This document shows positions 53,153 through 64,000 of a stretch of 64,000 nt of DNA, piece by piece. This DNA comes from Phoronis australis. Taxonomy: Eukaryota > Animalia > Phoronida. The notes beneath the pieces were generated by a model. The model worked only from the letters and a program-made list of their open reading frames with translations, did not search any database and was not told the DNA's origin. Both the position numbers and the translations under genes were made by a program. The stretch lies in the NCBI GenBank assembly GCA_002633005.1, contig NMRA01000139.1, positions 678,217-742,216 of the forward strand, in the 5' to 3' direction. The first letter of the stretch is position 1. The number at the start of each line of letters is the position of its first letter.

Positions 53153-54427
53153 AACGGTATATGGCCTGAATTTCATCGAAAAACAGCGCTTTCATCAAGT
53201 TACATTTTATAAGTAATTTCGTTGGATACAAAGCTTTGTTTTCTAACAGTAAATATATCAAAATACACTTGCTAACATTTAGCGAGTGTGCCTGCGGGTA
53301 GCCAGCTAGCTGCGACGTGGCCGGTGTCCAAGTTAAAGTTCTCCGAGGGTTTCTTTAAAGTGGAACAGAGCGCGAAAAATCGGATTAAATTGCACTGTTC
53401 AAAGGATTTTTTTTTCTGATATGGAAACAGAAGTCAAACGATTTGTGCTGAAAGATTTTGAATTTCTGTTGATGTCAGTCCTATCATGTTTCCTCTAAAC
53501 TGCTCGTTTTTAGCCAATTATTCTCCCACAACAGAGTGTAGGCGTGCTTATTTGGTATGACAACACATTTCCCTTATATGAAAAATGTCTGTGACCTATG
53601 ACCTTTGATTTAAGCTGAGCAATAGCGATTATGCACTTTGGAAATGTTCATTGGATAGTTCTTTGAGCGCATGCTCGCTTATAAATTATTAGGGGTAAAG
53701 ATTTTAAAAACCGCATAGGGATGTAAATTTATTTTTCGTCTGCGTTTCAAAAATGGTTCTTGCAATATTCAGAGTGAATATCTCTCAAGTTGTTCCAAGA
53801 AGTAAATTCGCCACGATTTGCGCATGTATTTTCCGAGTATTCACGTTCCAGGTATTTCTAAATGTCTTTCAGAACACAAATATGGCTTGTGGTGACAATG
53901 TTTATTAACGCGATGTTCGTGCAAAGGTTAATCTCTATTTCAGAAAAGAATCCGTAATATCTTCAATGAAATATTTCTGAGTTAAAACGTCAGCTATTTC
54001 TGTCGTTTCACTGTCGAACTTAGACAATTTCTATACTTCGAAGCTGTGACCGGCCATGGAAATAACTGACGAAGGTTACAGGTGTTTATTTTGGTTTTGT
54101 ATTTCTTTAAAGAAATTTAGACCACTTGTCGCTATTTCAAGTTCTTAGTAAATCAGCTGATTAGGGTCAATTGTATGAATATATCTTTTTTCAGTGAGGC
54201 GTGGAATATGTTGAAAGCAGATGCCCACTACTAAGTTGGGTTTCTGTGTTTGACCAGTGGTCCCGATGGCTAGAACCTCTGCACGGTTAGCAGTAGGCCC
54301 CAGTCGGGGGCAGAAATCTTTTCGGACTTATATTCATTAGGGCACGTGATGTGACCAATGAGCTGTCGGATTGAACGGGATAACTAGTGCCTACGCTCTG
54401 CGCATAAAATTACCCAGTGAAGCATAT

Positions 54428-54565
54428 TGTAGAGCGTGGTCTTGAGCAACAAAAACAGTAGCGCGTGGTTCGAGCAATAACAACTGTAGCGCGTGGTCTC
54501 GAGCAATAACAACTGTAGCGCGTGGTCTCGAGCAATAACAACTGTAGCGCGTAGTCTCGAGCAAT
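54428..54565. repeat. 29-bp minisatellite, about 4.7 units
   Basis: Unit GTAGCGCGTGGTCTCGAGCAATAACAACT, head-to-tail with no spacers. Confidence 0.9.
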
Positions 54566-55199
54566 GTGTCAATTCTTTCCAAGACCTAAAGTTGCTAGCA
54601 ATTTGACTAAATAATAATTTAAGGCCAATTTTGAATTGTATGAGGTCTTAACCAAAAGTCAGATCTTTTACGGGACGTGGTGTTGTAGCAGCTCTAATCG
54701 TTGGGGTCAGTATGTAATGAAAGACTAAACCATGATGGAGTTCATCTTATTTATTTGAACAGGTGCGACATATTGAACTTTGTTTCCTTAAATAGCTAAA
54801 CGACACTGATCTCTTTCTTTAATGTGGCCAAATGAACGCGTCTTACAGTGCTCTGCAGGCAATGGACCAGCAAAACAGCACCTGGATCAAAAAGCAGCTC
54901 ATTATCAGCATTCTCTAGGATTAGACATGCAATACGCTAATTATTGTTATTCTCGGATTTTTATCTTGCTTTCTTCTTGTTATTATTGTTTGTTGCGTTT
55001 CCTAGAGCTTCATAACTCTCAAATGACTCAATATATAACTTTGAAACTTTCCAAGAACGTTACAGCCGTCCCTAAATTTTACAAAGTATCATAATTTCGA
55101 CTCATAATACACAGGAAATGGTCAATTAGTGCAAATGTTATCTAATTTTCAAAACGTCAATTTCCCCTACATTTTTAAAACATTTTTTTTCGATTTCCG

Positions 55200-55845
55200 A
55201 AGCGTACAGGTGTAAGTCTACACGTAAGTAATTGAATAGTACAAAGATCATTGAGTGCAAACTAAGATTTTGCGTTAGACACTTGAAATTCACAATCTGT
55301 AATTTAGCTCCATTTCCAAAGTTTCAGATCATTTGGTGCAGCCATGGAGCCATTAGGGGCATTATTTTGAAATTTTGATCGTTTCATTCAACACGTATTA
55401 TGATGCGTCAACAGTGAGGCAACTGTGATTGGCAGCATTAACCACACATTTCGCTACAAAGTTTGTAATGTACTGGAAAAGTTCAGTCAGTGCAAAGGTC
55501 TTGTAATTTTCACAATCTCATTTCTCTCACATTTTTTCCAGCAAAGCTTTTCAATTTCAGCATACAGGTGTCAATCAAATACACTACTTTACGAAGGAAT
55601 CAGGCCGTCCAATTAACTAAAACAGGTCAAAGGTCATTGAGTGCAAACTCAAATTTTGAGCTAGGCACTTCACATTTACATATGTGACTGATATATGCAT
55701 CTAAGTTCCAATTCCAAAGTTTCAGGTCATTTTGTGCAATGATGGAGTCGTTAAATACATTTGCGGTGTGAAAAATTCATTTTTAATACAGCATGTATTC
55801 TAATGTGTCAACAGTTTGACGCTATGATTCTCAGCATTAACAACG
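55200..55845. repeat. Two diverged ~250-280-nt direct repeats (about 55200-55447 and 55559-55845)
   Basis: Shared TACAGGTGT, TCATTGAGTGCAAACT, TTCCAAAGTTTCAG.TCATTT.GTGCA, GTCAACAGT and CAGCATTAAC in the same order. Confidence 0.7.
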
Positions 55846-57125
55846 CTTTAAGGGACTTCACATTTATTTAGAGAATTGGGATCATAAAGCAGCGGAAATG
55901 GTCAAATACTAGAAAAAGATATCTAATTTCGTTCAACGTGTGTTCATTTTTATACCGATTTTATTCTACTGTGCCAAAAGTAAAAGCATCTGTGATCCAT
56001 CATTTTCTTGTATTGTTCTGCTACGGTGCCATTGGAAAGGTTGTAACTTTTCCAAAACGTTTCACTCGCGCAGAATCATTATTTTCACTTTTTGACAATA
56101 ATTTTTCTATTTTGCTCCAACAGTGATTCGTTTGAGGATTAAATAGACGCATATTTCCCAAAGCCACATGCAGCTGCTAAACACGGTGTTTTTACAATGC
56201 TAGGTTAATACACAAAAGAGTATACGCAGTTTAGTTTGAACCACTAATTGTTTTCTAGTGTCGTTTCACAAAATAACTGAATAAATATGTTTAGCTTTTT
56301 ACAAGACACATCCTTTTCCATACAACTCACCAAAGAAGTTGTCATGATATGGAGTTTAAAATAAGAACCATTGATCGTAGTGCATGTGGAGGTGAGTATA
56401 TGGAGGCTGTATCATTTTAACATTAATAACAACGTGTGCTGCCTACAGTAGTAGACGACATATGTCCATAAAGTATAGAGTAACACGCAGTGGCAAGGGA
56501 AAGGCCGAAAACAGATGATCACAAGATAATCGGGGGATTTCAGTTAATTTGCATAATGCAGGTTATAATATGTAACTCACTTGCATGGTGGTCAGACATG
56601 AGCATATTTGGCATCGCAGATTTCTTCCAGATACTATACATTGATTTTTAGTGGCAATTGCCATCCTGCCTTCCCTACGGACCGAAGGTAAAGACACGCA
56701 AATCAGTGTACATGCACTTTTCCTTGTGCAAAATGAAGTAAAACTACGTACTCAACGCTATCTCCACTGTAACGACCGCCATCTAGCAATTCAAATACTC
56801 AAGATGGTACATACATGTATCTGGGCTTGTTTAAATATAAAATTCACAAATGTTTTTGTCGAAGAAGTGTTTGGAATCAATGGTACTTCGATTTATGTAC
56901 AGACAACAATAACTAATGTCGTTTGTAATATTAGTAAGAAGAAAATATCGTAAACCTGCAAATTTGAAGTTTTTGACATGGTGTGATAACAAGGCAATTA
57001 GTTGTTCCTCGATTGTGTATTATATGTACAAATATAATTGTCCGTGACAGCAACAAGTAATTAACAACATTCAATATATCTAAGATTTAATGACTGCTAT
57101 AACACAAATCACAATATTAGCTTAC

Positions 57126-57303
57126 CTGTAAAATCAATAAAAAGACACCTGTACAGTCGTCTGCTTTTTGAGAAATGACGAAACAACAACCCATCAGGAA
57201 TGGTAAAACCAGAAAGTGATATGATATGATGCGGAAAACTTAACTTTGCTGACTTTGACATTGAAAACAAGTGCTTCTGCGACATCTGGTACCTCCGTTG
57301 ATC
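57126..57303 (-). other. Candidate distal 5' UTR exon of gene B (178 nt)
   Basis: Strong acceptor ttttgttttacttcAG and donor ACAG|GTAAGC on the gene strand. No recognisable homology. Confidence 0.35.
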
Positions 57304-58186
57304 CTGAAGTAAAACAAAAAGGAAGTTTTAACCAATGGCCACGCACGTGATAGAGCCCACCTGTTGTCAACTAAGTCTGGGAAAGAGACATGTTACTTTT
57401 GCTGGATGAGTATAATCTCCAACGATGTACTTGGTGAAATTCTCTGTTCATTCCTATAGATAACCTTTGTTAAAGCCATGGGTTTCAAAATTGAGTTTTA
57501 CATAAAAACTGACATTGGACCTCGTGCCTCCGAGAATTACTTTCTCTCATCGCGTATGGTAGATATCTTAAATGTTTTTATGAAAAGAATACATGAACAC
57601 AGATTTTAAGCAAAATGCCTCATGTTCTTTCTTTAAATTGGACGCAGCAAACAAATTATGTGTTGATTTATTCCAATTTTATTACGAAAATCCATGTATA
57701 TTGTGCAATAATTTGAGTTAAACCCAGAAAGCGCAAGAAAACACAATTGGCGTGAAAAATACCAGTATAAATGTAAAGATATGTTGAGACATGATTTTCA
57801 TGTAAATGTATGACCTTTGTGAACAATGTCTGGCCGCTCAAGACCAATAATTAGGTAGCCCGATGTTCATTTGCTTGACACCAATGTTGCTTTTCTTTGA
57901 GACGAGCAACCAAAGATCTAACTATACTCACAATGAGACTCTGGAGGCAACATTAAATCTGAATACGACTGCAGCCACATTCTTAATAAAACATTTCTGG
58001 TGCATATGTNTTTATTGTTTATGTTATTTAATATATTTTTGTCGATGTTTATGGTGAACCACGTATACATGTATCAGTGCAAATGTCATTTACCGTACTC
58101 GCGCGAATTTGGATCCACGGGCTTACCTATACATTTAGTGAAATAATGCACTTATTTCACCAACACTTTTTGCTCACATGAAAGTC

Positions 58187-58256
58187 CAGGGGCGGATCCA
58201 GGATTCTTAATTAGGGGGCAGGACAGAATATTAGCCAAGATTTTGCCTGTCAGACA
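58187..58256 (-). mobile_element. Partial copy of the ~160-nt GC-rich MITE family
   Basis: CAGGGGCGGATCCAGGATT...GATTTTGCC.GTCAGACA is the reverse complement of the right half of 41026-41186. Confidence 0.7.
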
Positions 58257-58415
58257 AAGTGACGGCGGTGATACGTTGAGGGACGGCGGTGATACATGAA
58301 GTGACGTACAGTGGTGATACATTTAGTGACAGCGGTGATACATGGCGTGATGGCGGTGTTGCATGAAGTGAATGCGGTGATATACCGGTATGAAGTGACG
58401 GCGGTGATACATGAA
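58257..58415. repeat. ~21-bp minisatellite, about 7 imperfect units, abutting the MITE fragment
   Basis: Consensus AAGTGACGGCGGTGATACATG. Confidence 0.85.
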
Positions 58416-58768
58416 TTCTGAAAAAGACTAATTAACAGCTTTTTGTCAAATGCAACGTTCTTGCTGCTTCAAAAACACGCAGCTTCGCGTTTGGAGTAAC
58501 GTGCCTACAATCGTCTTCCCTATGACCCTTAGCAGCTACTCATGAGAAGGAGATATCTCTTCCTGGTAATAGAAATAACTCATCCTTGAAATATCGTAAT
58601 AACGTGACCCGACCTTCAAGCGTATGGTTGGCAAAATGTGTTTTTTCTGTTTTATCGAATTTTGGTACAGTAATTCGTGAGTGCCCAGTCTCTAATAAGC
58701 GCAGGTCTCTCATAGAATCGAGGACGGAATCAAGCCTAAAATTAATTCACATATCAGACTTGTATTAG

Positions 58769-58894
58769 CATGGGCGGCACAGCACTGAAAAAAGTGGGGG
58801 GCTACCGTTCGCCGTCCCCCTGTGGTGCACCGCTCATACAGCACTGGCAAATATGGGGGCTAAACCCCCAGCCCCCTATGGTGCGGCGACCATG
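58769..58894. mobile_element. GC-rich MITE with CATGG ends and a 5-bp TSD (ATTAG)
   Basis: ATTAG|CATGGGCGGCACAGCA ... TGGTGCGGCGACCATG|ATTAG. Confidence 0.75.
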
Positions 58895-59979
58895 ATTAGA
58901 AGTTTTACGGTAGTTCAATCGACTCGTCACACAGCAATTTTATAAATGGGGTCATGCATAATCATTTCGCCTTCCGGGTTCACCTGTTGCCTACAACGTT
59001 CGTTTTGCTATTTCTCTGCCGTAAACTAGTGCCATAGCAGACAATGGACGGCCCCTATCTATTTTGACTGATAAATGGCCGGGGTCTAGGAAATGAAGGT
59101 AAGTTACCCGGCTATCACGAAAGGTGGCGCTCCCACCAAGGACGCAGACAGGTTAGGTTCAGCAGCAGACATGCGGTGAGGAAAATCTAGCGAGTTCTCT
59201 TTGCAAATTGGCATCTTACGGAATCTCGAGAGATTTTGGTTTTCCAGCGAGCTATTAGAGTAATTAAACCTGACCCAGGTACACTGGCTCATCATAGCAT
59301 GTTTTATTTAAAACTGTCGCATAACTGCAGTACATTTATAATCCCATCGTCCGCGTATGATGAGCTGGTCCGTAGTAATAGCGCCTCTCTGAGGATACAC
59401 CTATTAGGTAGTCACGTCATGCGACTTTCCAATTAAGAGTGATTATATTTCTAGCTTCTTGGAGAAGGCTGTGCGCTCGCGACGCGAAAGAGGGAAATGT
59501 ATTTCCTGAGAGTTGGATTTATTTCTCACATGTTTCTCATAGACTACTCATAAGTATTTGGATAGTAATTTTTTGGAAATGATTTGTTAATTAAAATACT
59601 TTTTAAGCCTGTATCAGTGGTTTATGCTAAGAACTTAATTACGGTTTAAGAGGAACACTTCACATCCGTGTTACAACTTGGCATCGGCCACAAATTAGAA
59701 CATGCAGATATGCATTTAGGCGCACGCAATGACCCAATTATAGGCGCACTTGACTTGTTTTTAAAATACACTACCGAACCATTTAATTTCATGCAGCGTG
59801 TGGCTTGAGTGGCACTCTGGCTGAAATATACAATTTCAATAGATGGTTAAATACTAAGAATGTCCAGTTTTGAAACTTATACAGCCTGCACCCGGATCAC
59901 CATCATCAAGGCAGTTCCACATCTGGACGTAAGCAGTCAAATGCAGGGCTAAACGTTAAGCGCATGGGCCTAGCATTGG

Positions 59980-60056
59980 GCTCCAGTGGGACTCGAACCC
60001 ACGTCCTTGATTAAAGTAAGCGGACACTTATACATGTACCTCTAGGCTACACTGTC
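59980..60056 (-). mobile_element. tRNA-derived SINE head or tRNA pseudogene
   Basis: A-box TAGCCTAGAGG and perfect T-arm GTGGG-TTCGAGT-CCCAC. Acceptor and anticodon stems do not pair, and TACATGTA interrupts the D-arm. Confidence 0.6.
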
Positions 60057-60553
60057 TCCTCATAGTCTTTCGTTGTTTCATTTCTTTTCTTTTTCTACTC
60101 GTGGCAATTTCTTGATCACCAACAATCAACAATCAACACGCTCTGAATTTTTTCAGTTTATCTATCAGACTTTTTCAACTTTCTCTATTGCATTAAATAA
60201 TCTGATATCCATTGTCGTACAGTCAGTACTGTCAACGTGAACTGTCCACTTACTCCCAAACTATACACACATATATTTTGTCATTTTGATGAACCATTTC
60301 TAGTGATGAATCCCCACTTTCTGTGATATCCGCAACAGTTGTCGTCAGCTTCAGCTTCGATAGAATTTCTAAAATTCTGAAAGACGATTGTAAGATTTTG
60401 GAGGCTGGCTATCATACATGTATCAAGAACAGCATATCGCTGTGTCGCTAATTACCGTCCGGGTGCTTAGTTTTTTGAAGCCATTTTTATCAGACGCCAA
60501 TTCCATTACCAACGCTTATTCAACATTAGCCTAGTTTTGCAAACCCTGCTGTT

Positions 60554-60810
60554 CATGCGCGCACCCAGTCTTCAATATGGAGGGCTTGAATTCCTGACGT
60601 TGTGTGGACCTTTTTTAACAAAAGAGCGGGCTGACTATAAAAAAAAAAACAAAAAAAACAGGAGCACCACTGCGAGTTTGTGATTATTTAGAGGACTTTT
60701 GTATCATTTTCTCGGACTTTTTGTGTCTCAGGGGCGGACCTTTTTGCCTACTTCGCCAAGTGGGAGGGGGCTCGTTCTAGCCCTCCGAGCTCTCCCTGGG
60801 TGCGCGCATG
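60554..60810. mobile_element. MITE with a perfect 15-bp TIR and a 5-bp TSD (CTGTT)
   Basis: CTGTT|CATGCGCGCACCCAG ... CTGGGTGCGCGCATG|CTGTT. Confidence 0.85.
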
Positions 60811-61455
60811 CTGTTGACCGTTACCAACGGCGTGGTTTGTTTGATATTTTGTAACAATGTTTTGAATTGTGATGTTTCCCACCGTTACGTTACTCATGAT
60901 TTTTATTGCTCTCAACAAATCTATGGATTAATTCCCAGGCGTTTTTATGTTGACAGTTAACAGTAGGCACTAGATTTCATATAAAACATCGAACAATAGT
61001 CAGAATATTCTTTAAATCAGTCTTGATTTACCTTTACCGCCTTATTGAGCTGTATCTTTAATTGGCGCTTATAAAGGACAGGCGATAATACGCGACACCA
61101 CAGCATTTTTTGTAAGCTCTTCAGTCTGTCTTAAGCAGCTTGCCGCTGGTCCATAGCATTTTGATGTTCAAACCGCTCCATTTCTTCTGCACTACACTTT
61201 TGTCGAGTCTTAAATTTTCTGCTTCATGCTACAAAGGAGTTGCAAAAACTTGTAACAACTCTGTCAACCTACACGTCCTGAAGTGTCCTTGCATTAGGTA
61301 TGAATCCATTTTTGTTGTACAACCTATTTACGTCCGGATGAAGCGACCACTACTTGTTGAGTCAAGCAATGAGATAAAAAATAATTATATACATAGCTCA
61401 TTGGAGTCAAGCTTAACGTTTTACTTCAACTGAACACCATGACTGTCTCGAAATG

Positions 61456-61565
61456 TATGTGTAGCGAATTGTACATGTATATTGATACTAACCGGGGGTT
61501 GTAATTTATGTGTAGCGAATTGTACATGTATATTGATACTAACAGGGGGTCGTAATGTACATGTA
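61456..61565. repeat. 51-bp tandem duplication
   Basis: TATGTGTAGCGAATTGTACATGTATATTGATACTAAC.GGGGGT x2. Confidence 0.85.
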
Positions 61566-63352
61566 TGTGGTGTCACTTTTATTTGTGTATGGTAGAGGTT
61601 GTGGATCTCAAAAAGTTTCCCACCCCTCAAATCAATCTGCCCAATCCTCAAAGCAGCTTTCCAAATCTCTGCCGGATATCATGCGTAAAGAGTCTGTTGA
61701 CCAATTTCCGAACTAAGATGTCAATGACAAGCTGCATAACCCGTATCAATTTTGCTAACACGACGTAAAGCACTGCGATTGCTGAGAATCACTCTACTAG
61801 GACGAGTTCTAGTATGGGTTAGCTGAAGTGATCCGGGCAATTAGTCGTCTATGAATTTTATTAAGAATGTTATGTTTACATTATTATGTTTTAACAACGT
61901 ATGTAAATGTCCTACATTTGTAGATACATGTACACGTGGGTGCAATGGATTATATCTATCGGTTGGTCATGACATTTTACCCATAACTTGCCCGTACGTA
62001 GTCGCTTCCTTGCAATTTAAAACTAATAATCGGGGTCTCCAAAAATTAAAACCGCGGTTATTGTTAAATACTGTAGGGAACGTGGCTTTGGAGATTTCCT
62101 AGTGTACCCTGGTGCAAATCATGATTCTTTCCCCTCTTTGTACAAACATTTGCAAATCACTTAAATAGCCGCCTTAATCGCCACACACTCAGTCGGGCCC
62201 AGCAACTTTAAGACTAAGCCCCCTTGGCAAAATACGATGAAGGCGCTTATCGTCGACACCAAAAAATTGTTTAATGTGCTTTCGAAATCTGAAAGACCGA
62301 GGACTTTATGTTCTGTACCAAGTACACGAAATGCGTCATAAGCACGTGAAATAACGACCGCGAGCGGACGTCGTGAATTTGGTAAAAAGAAACCCCACAT
62401 GCAAGTTGAAACAATATGGTTGTTTGTTATACCCCAGGTAAACAATCTATGGAAATCAGCGGGACATTGACCTGACGTCCAGCTACGGTTTAAGTATGAG
62501 GGGGGTTCGTTAATAACGTGTTTCACTTTCAGCAATACCTACGGTCGTGTGAGTTTTCCTAGAGTCTGATATTGTGGTAGACTACATTTGCTAAGCTTCA
62601 ATGTCAATCAGAGGTGCCACGCCAAAATGTTTTATCACTGACGCGTTTGTTTATTACAGAATATCGGTGGCAGTGCTTTTTCATCGTAACAGAACTACTA
62701 GCCGTGGTCTCTACTGCAGGACCTTCAAAATATGGTAAAATATCAAACTGCTATTGCACCTTATACATCTAAATTATGTTAATCCATAGGAATTGATGAC
62801 TTCTCAACAAGCAGCTTGCTACCTTCGTTATCAATGGTTGCAGTTTTAATTATCTAATGTACTAAGCTTAAGCCCATGGGAAGATATTTTAAAATCCTTC
62901 AGAACTAAGAAACATATGTGCACGCATGGACATGTAGCAGCACGAAGTTTGCTGTAACACAACCCATGTGTTTTCTAAAAATGGTTTACAGAGCACTACA
63001 TCATCAACATTCTCAGACGCAAAATCTTTTTATAAATTGTCCCTTCTAAATCGAAAGCCTGACTTGTTTTTTTTTTCTATTTAGACATCTGTGTACGAGA
63101 ATAAAGCTTTCATGACTGAAGGTTTTATCATTACGCAAAGCATCGAAGGCTTCGTTTTATAAAATCTAAAATCCTAAACTTCGGGGTAAGAGACCTGTCA
63201 CTAGGGTTTAATACGTGTATTTGCACTTGAAGTCCAGTTCGGAATTTTTTTAGCATTTTCTGGTCTATTTTTGCTAACTCAAGATAGGTGTCTATTAGCC
63301 GATGTTTGAACACATACGGCCTACATGTATATCATGAAGGTGGTAGTTAAAC

Positions 63353-63528
63353 CTAGTGCGAGAACGGACTATTTTCAATATTCAAATTTAGGACGACACA
63401 AAATACTATTAAATATGACTGAATTGTACGATATAGGTGCAACTGAATGATGCTGTGATTGTGCATTTACGACGCAGTTCTAGTGCGAGAACGGACTATT
63501 TTCAATATTCAAATTTAGGACGACACAA
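63353..63528. repeat. Perfect 49-bp direct repeat (63353-63401 and 63480-63528)
   Basis: CTAGTGCGAGAACGGACTATTTTCAATATTCAAATTTAGGACGACACAA twice, with a 78-nt spacer. Confidence 0.85.
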
Positions 63529-63873
63529 GATCAAATGCAACGGGAGGGGCGATAATATTTAAAGTGGGGGGGGTGTCGGATCAAGGGTTTTAGAAAGAGT
63601 GCCTGGGCCAACAATTTGAAAATTATAGATTTGGTATCTTCAAAATCAAGGGAAAAAGGGGGTTTCGGACCCCTTGAACCCCTGGATCCGCCTACACGTA
63701 GAGCAGTACTTACTGAAGGGTGTCCTTCGTAATTTCTCAGAAAATGACGATTGGAGCAGAGTGTCATCGTCGCGAGCTCTACGCGTATGACTAAAAAGGC
63801 ATCTAGTGATTATTCTGGCTGAGTTCCATCTCAATTGGTTCCCGATATAAGGTTGCCGGACAGGGGTTCTTCC

Positions 63874-64000
63874 CAGTGGCGGATTTAGAGGGAGCCAAGG
63901 GGGCCATGGCCCCCTAAAATGCTCCCAGATTCCATTTGGCAGTTCGGGGATGCAAATGTCCGACGGGCAAAATCCTGGCTATAACTCTGCCCTGCCCCCG
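63874..64000 (+). mobile_element. Copy of the ~160-nt GC-rich MITE family, truncated by the window edge
   Basis: CAGTGGCGGATTT...CCCCTAAAAT..TCCCAGATTC.ATTTGGCAGTTCGGGG...GGGCAAAATCCTGG, as in 41026-41186. Confidence 0.8.

Noticed and set aside
54428-54565. 29-bp repeats (and the 21-bp array at 58257-58415) as CRISPR-like arrays
   Set aside because: Units are head-to-tail without unique spacers, there are no cas genes, and the context is eukaryotic. They are minisatellites.
59980-60056. Functional tRNA gene
   Set aside because: Only the T-arm and A-box are intact. The acceptor and anticodon stems do not pair.

Overview
AT-rich (roughly 60% AT by eye), intron-rich animal genomic DNA, probably from a marine invertebrate; the species cannot be determined from the sequence. 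The window holds two tandem, minus-strand, alpha7-like nicotinic acetylcholine receptor (nAChR) alpha-subunit genes with identical internal exon sizes (signal exon, then 140/45/110/254/198/87/110 nt, then a last exon). Gene B (CDS 37843->18792, about 491 aa) is complete. Gene A (ATG 13720) runs off the left edge within its last exon. The standout feature is in gene B, where the exon encoding agonist-binding loop C, M1 and the start of M2 occurs as four tandem copies (21943-23818). Three are intact 198-nt exons with near-identical protein but many synonymous differences. The fourth is a divergent, canonical-type copy with a 2-nt frameshift between its vicinal cysteines. This looks like a mutually exclusive exon cassette at a position different from the known insect nAChR cassettes. 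A candidate 25-nt micro-exon would restore the frame of the fourth copy. The remaining sequence is intronic or upstream DNA with MITEs, an internally deleted Kolobok transposon, tRNA-derived SINE heads, mini- and microsatellites, and many TACATGTA (Tc1-footprint-like) motifs. All exon calls were made by eye from splice signals and translation, without transcript evidence.
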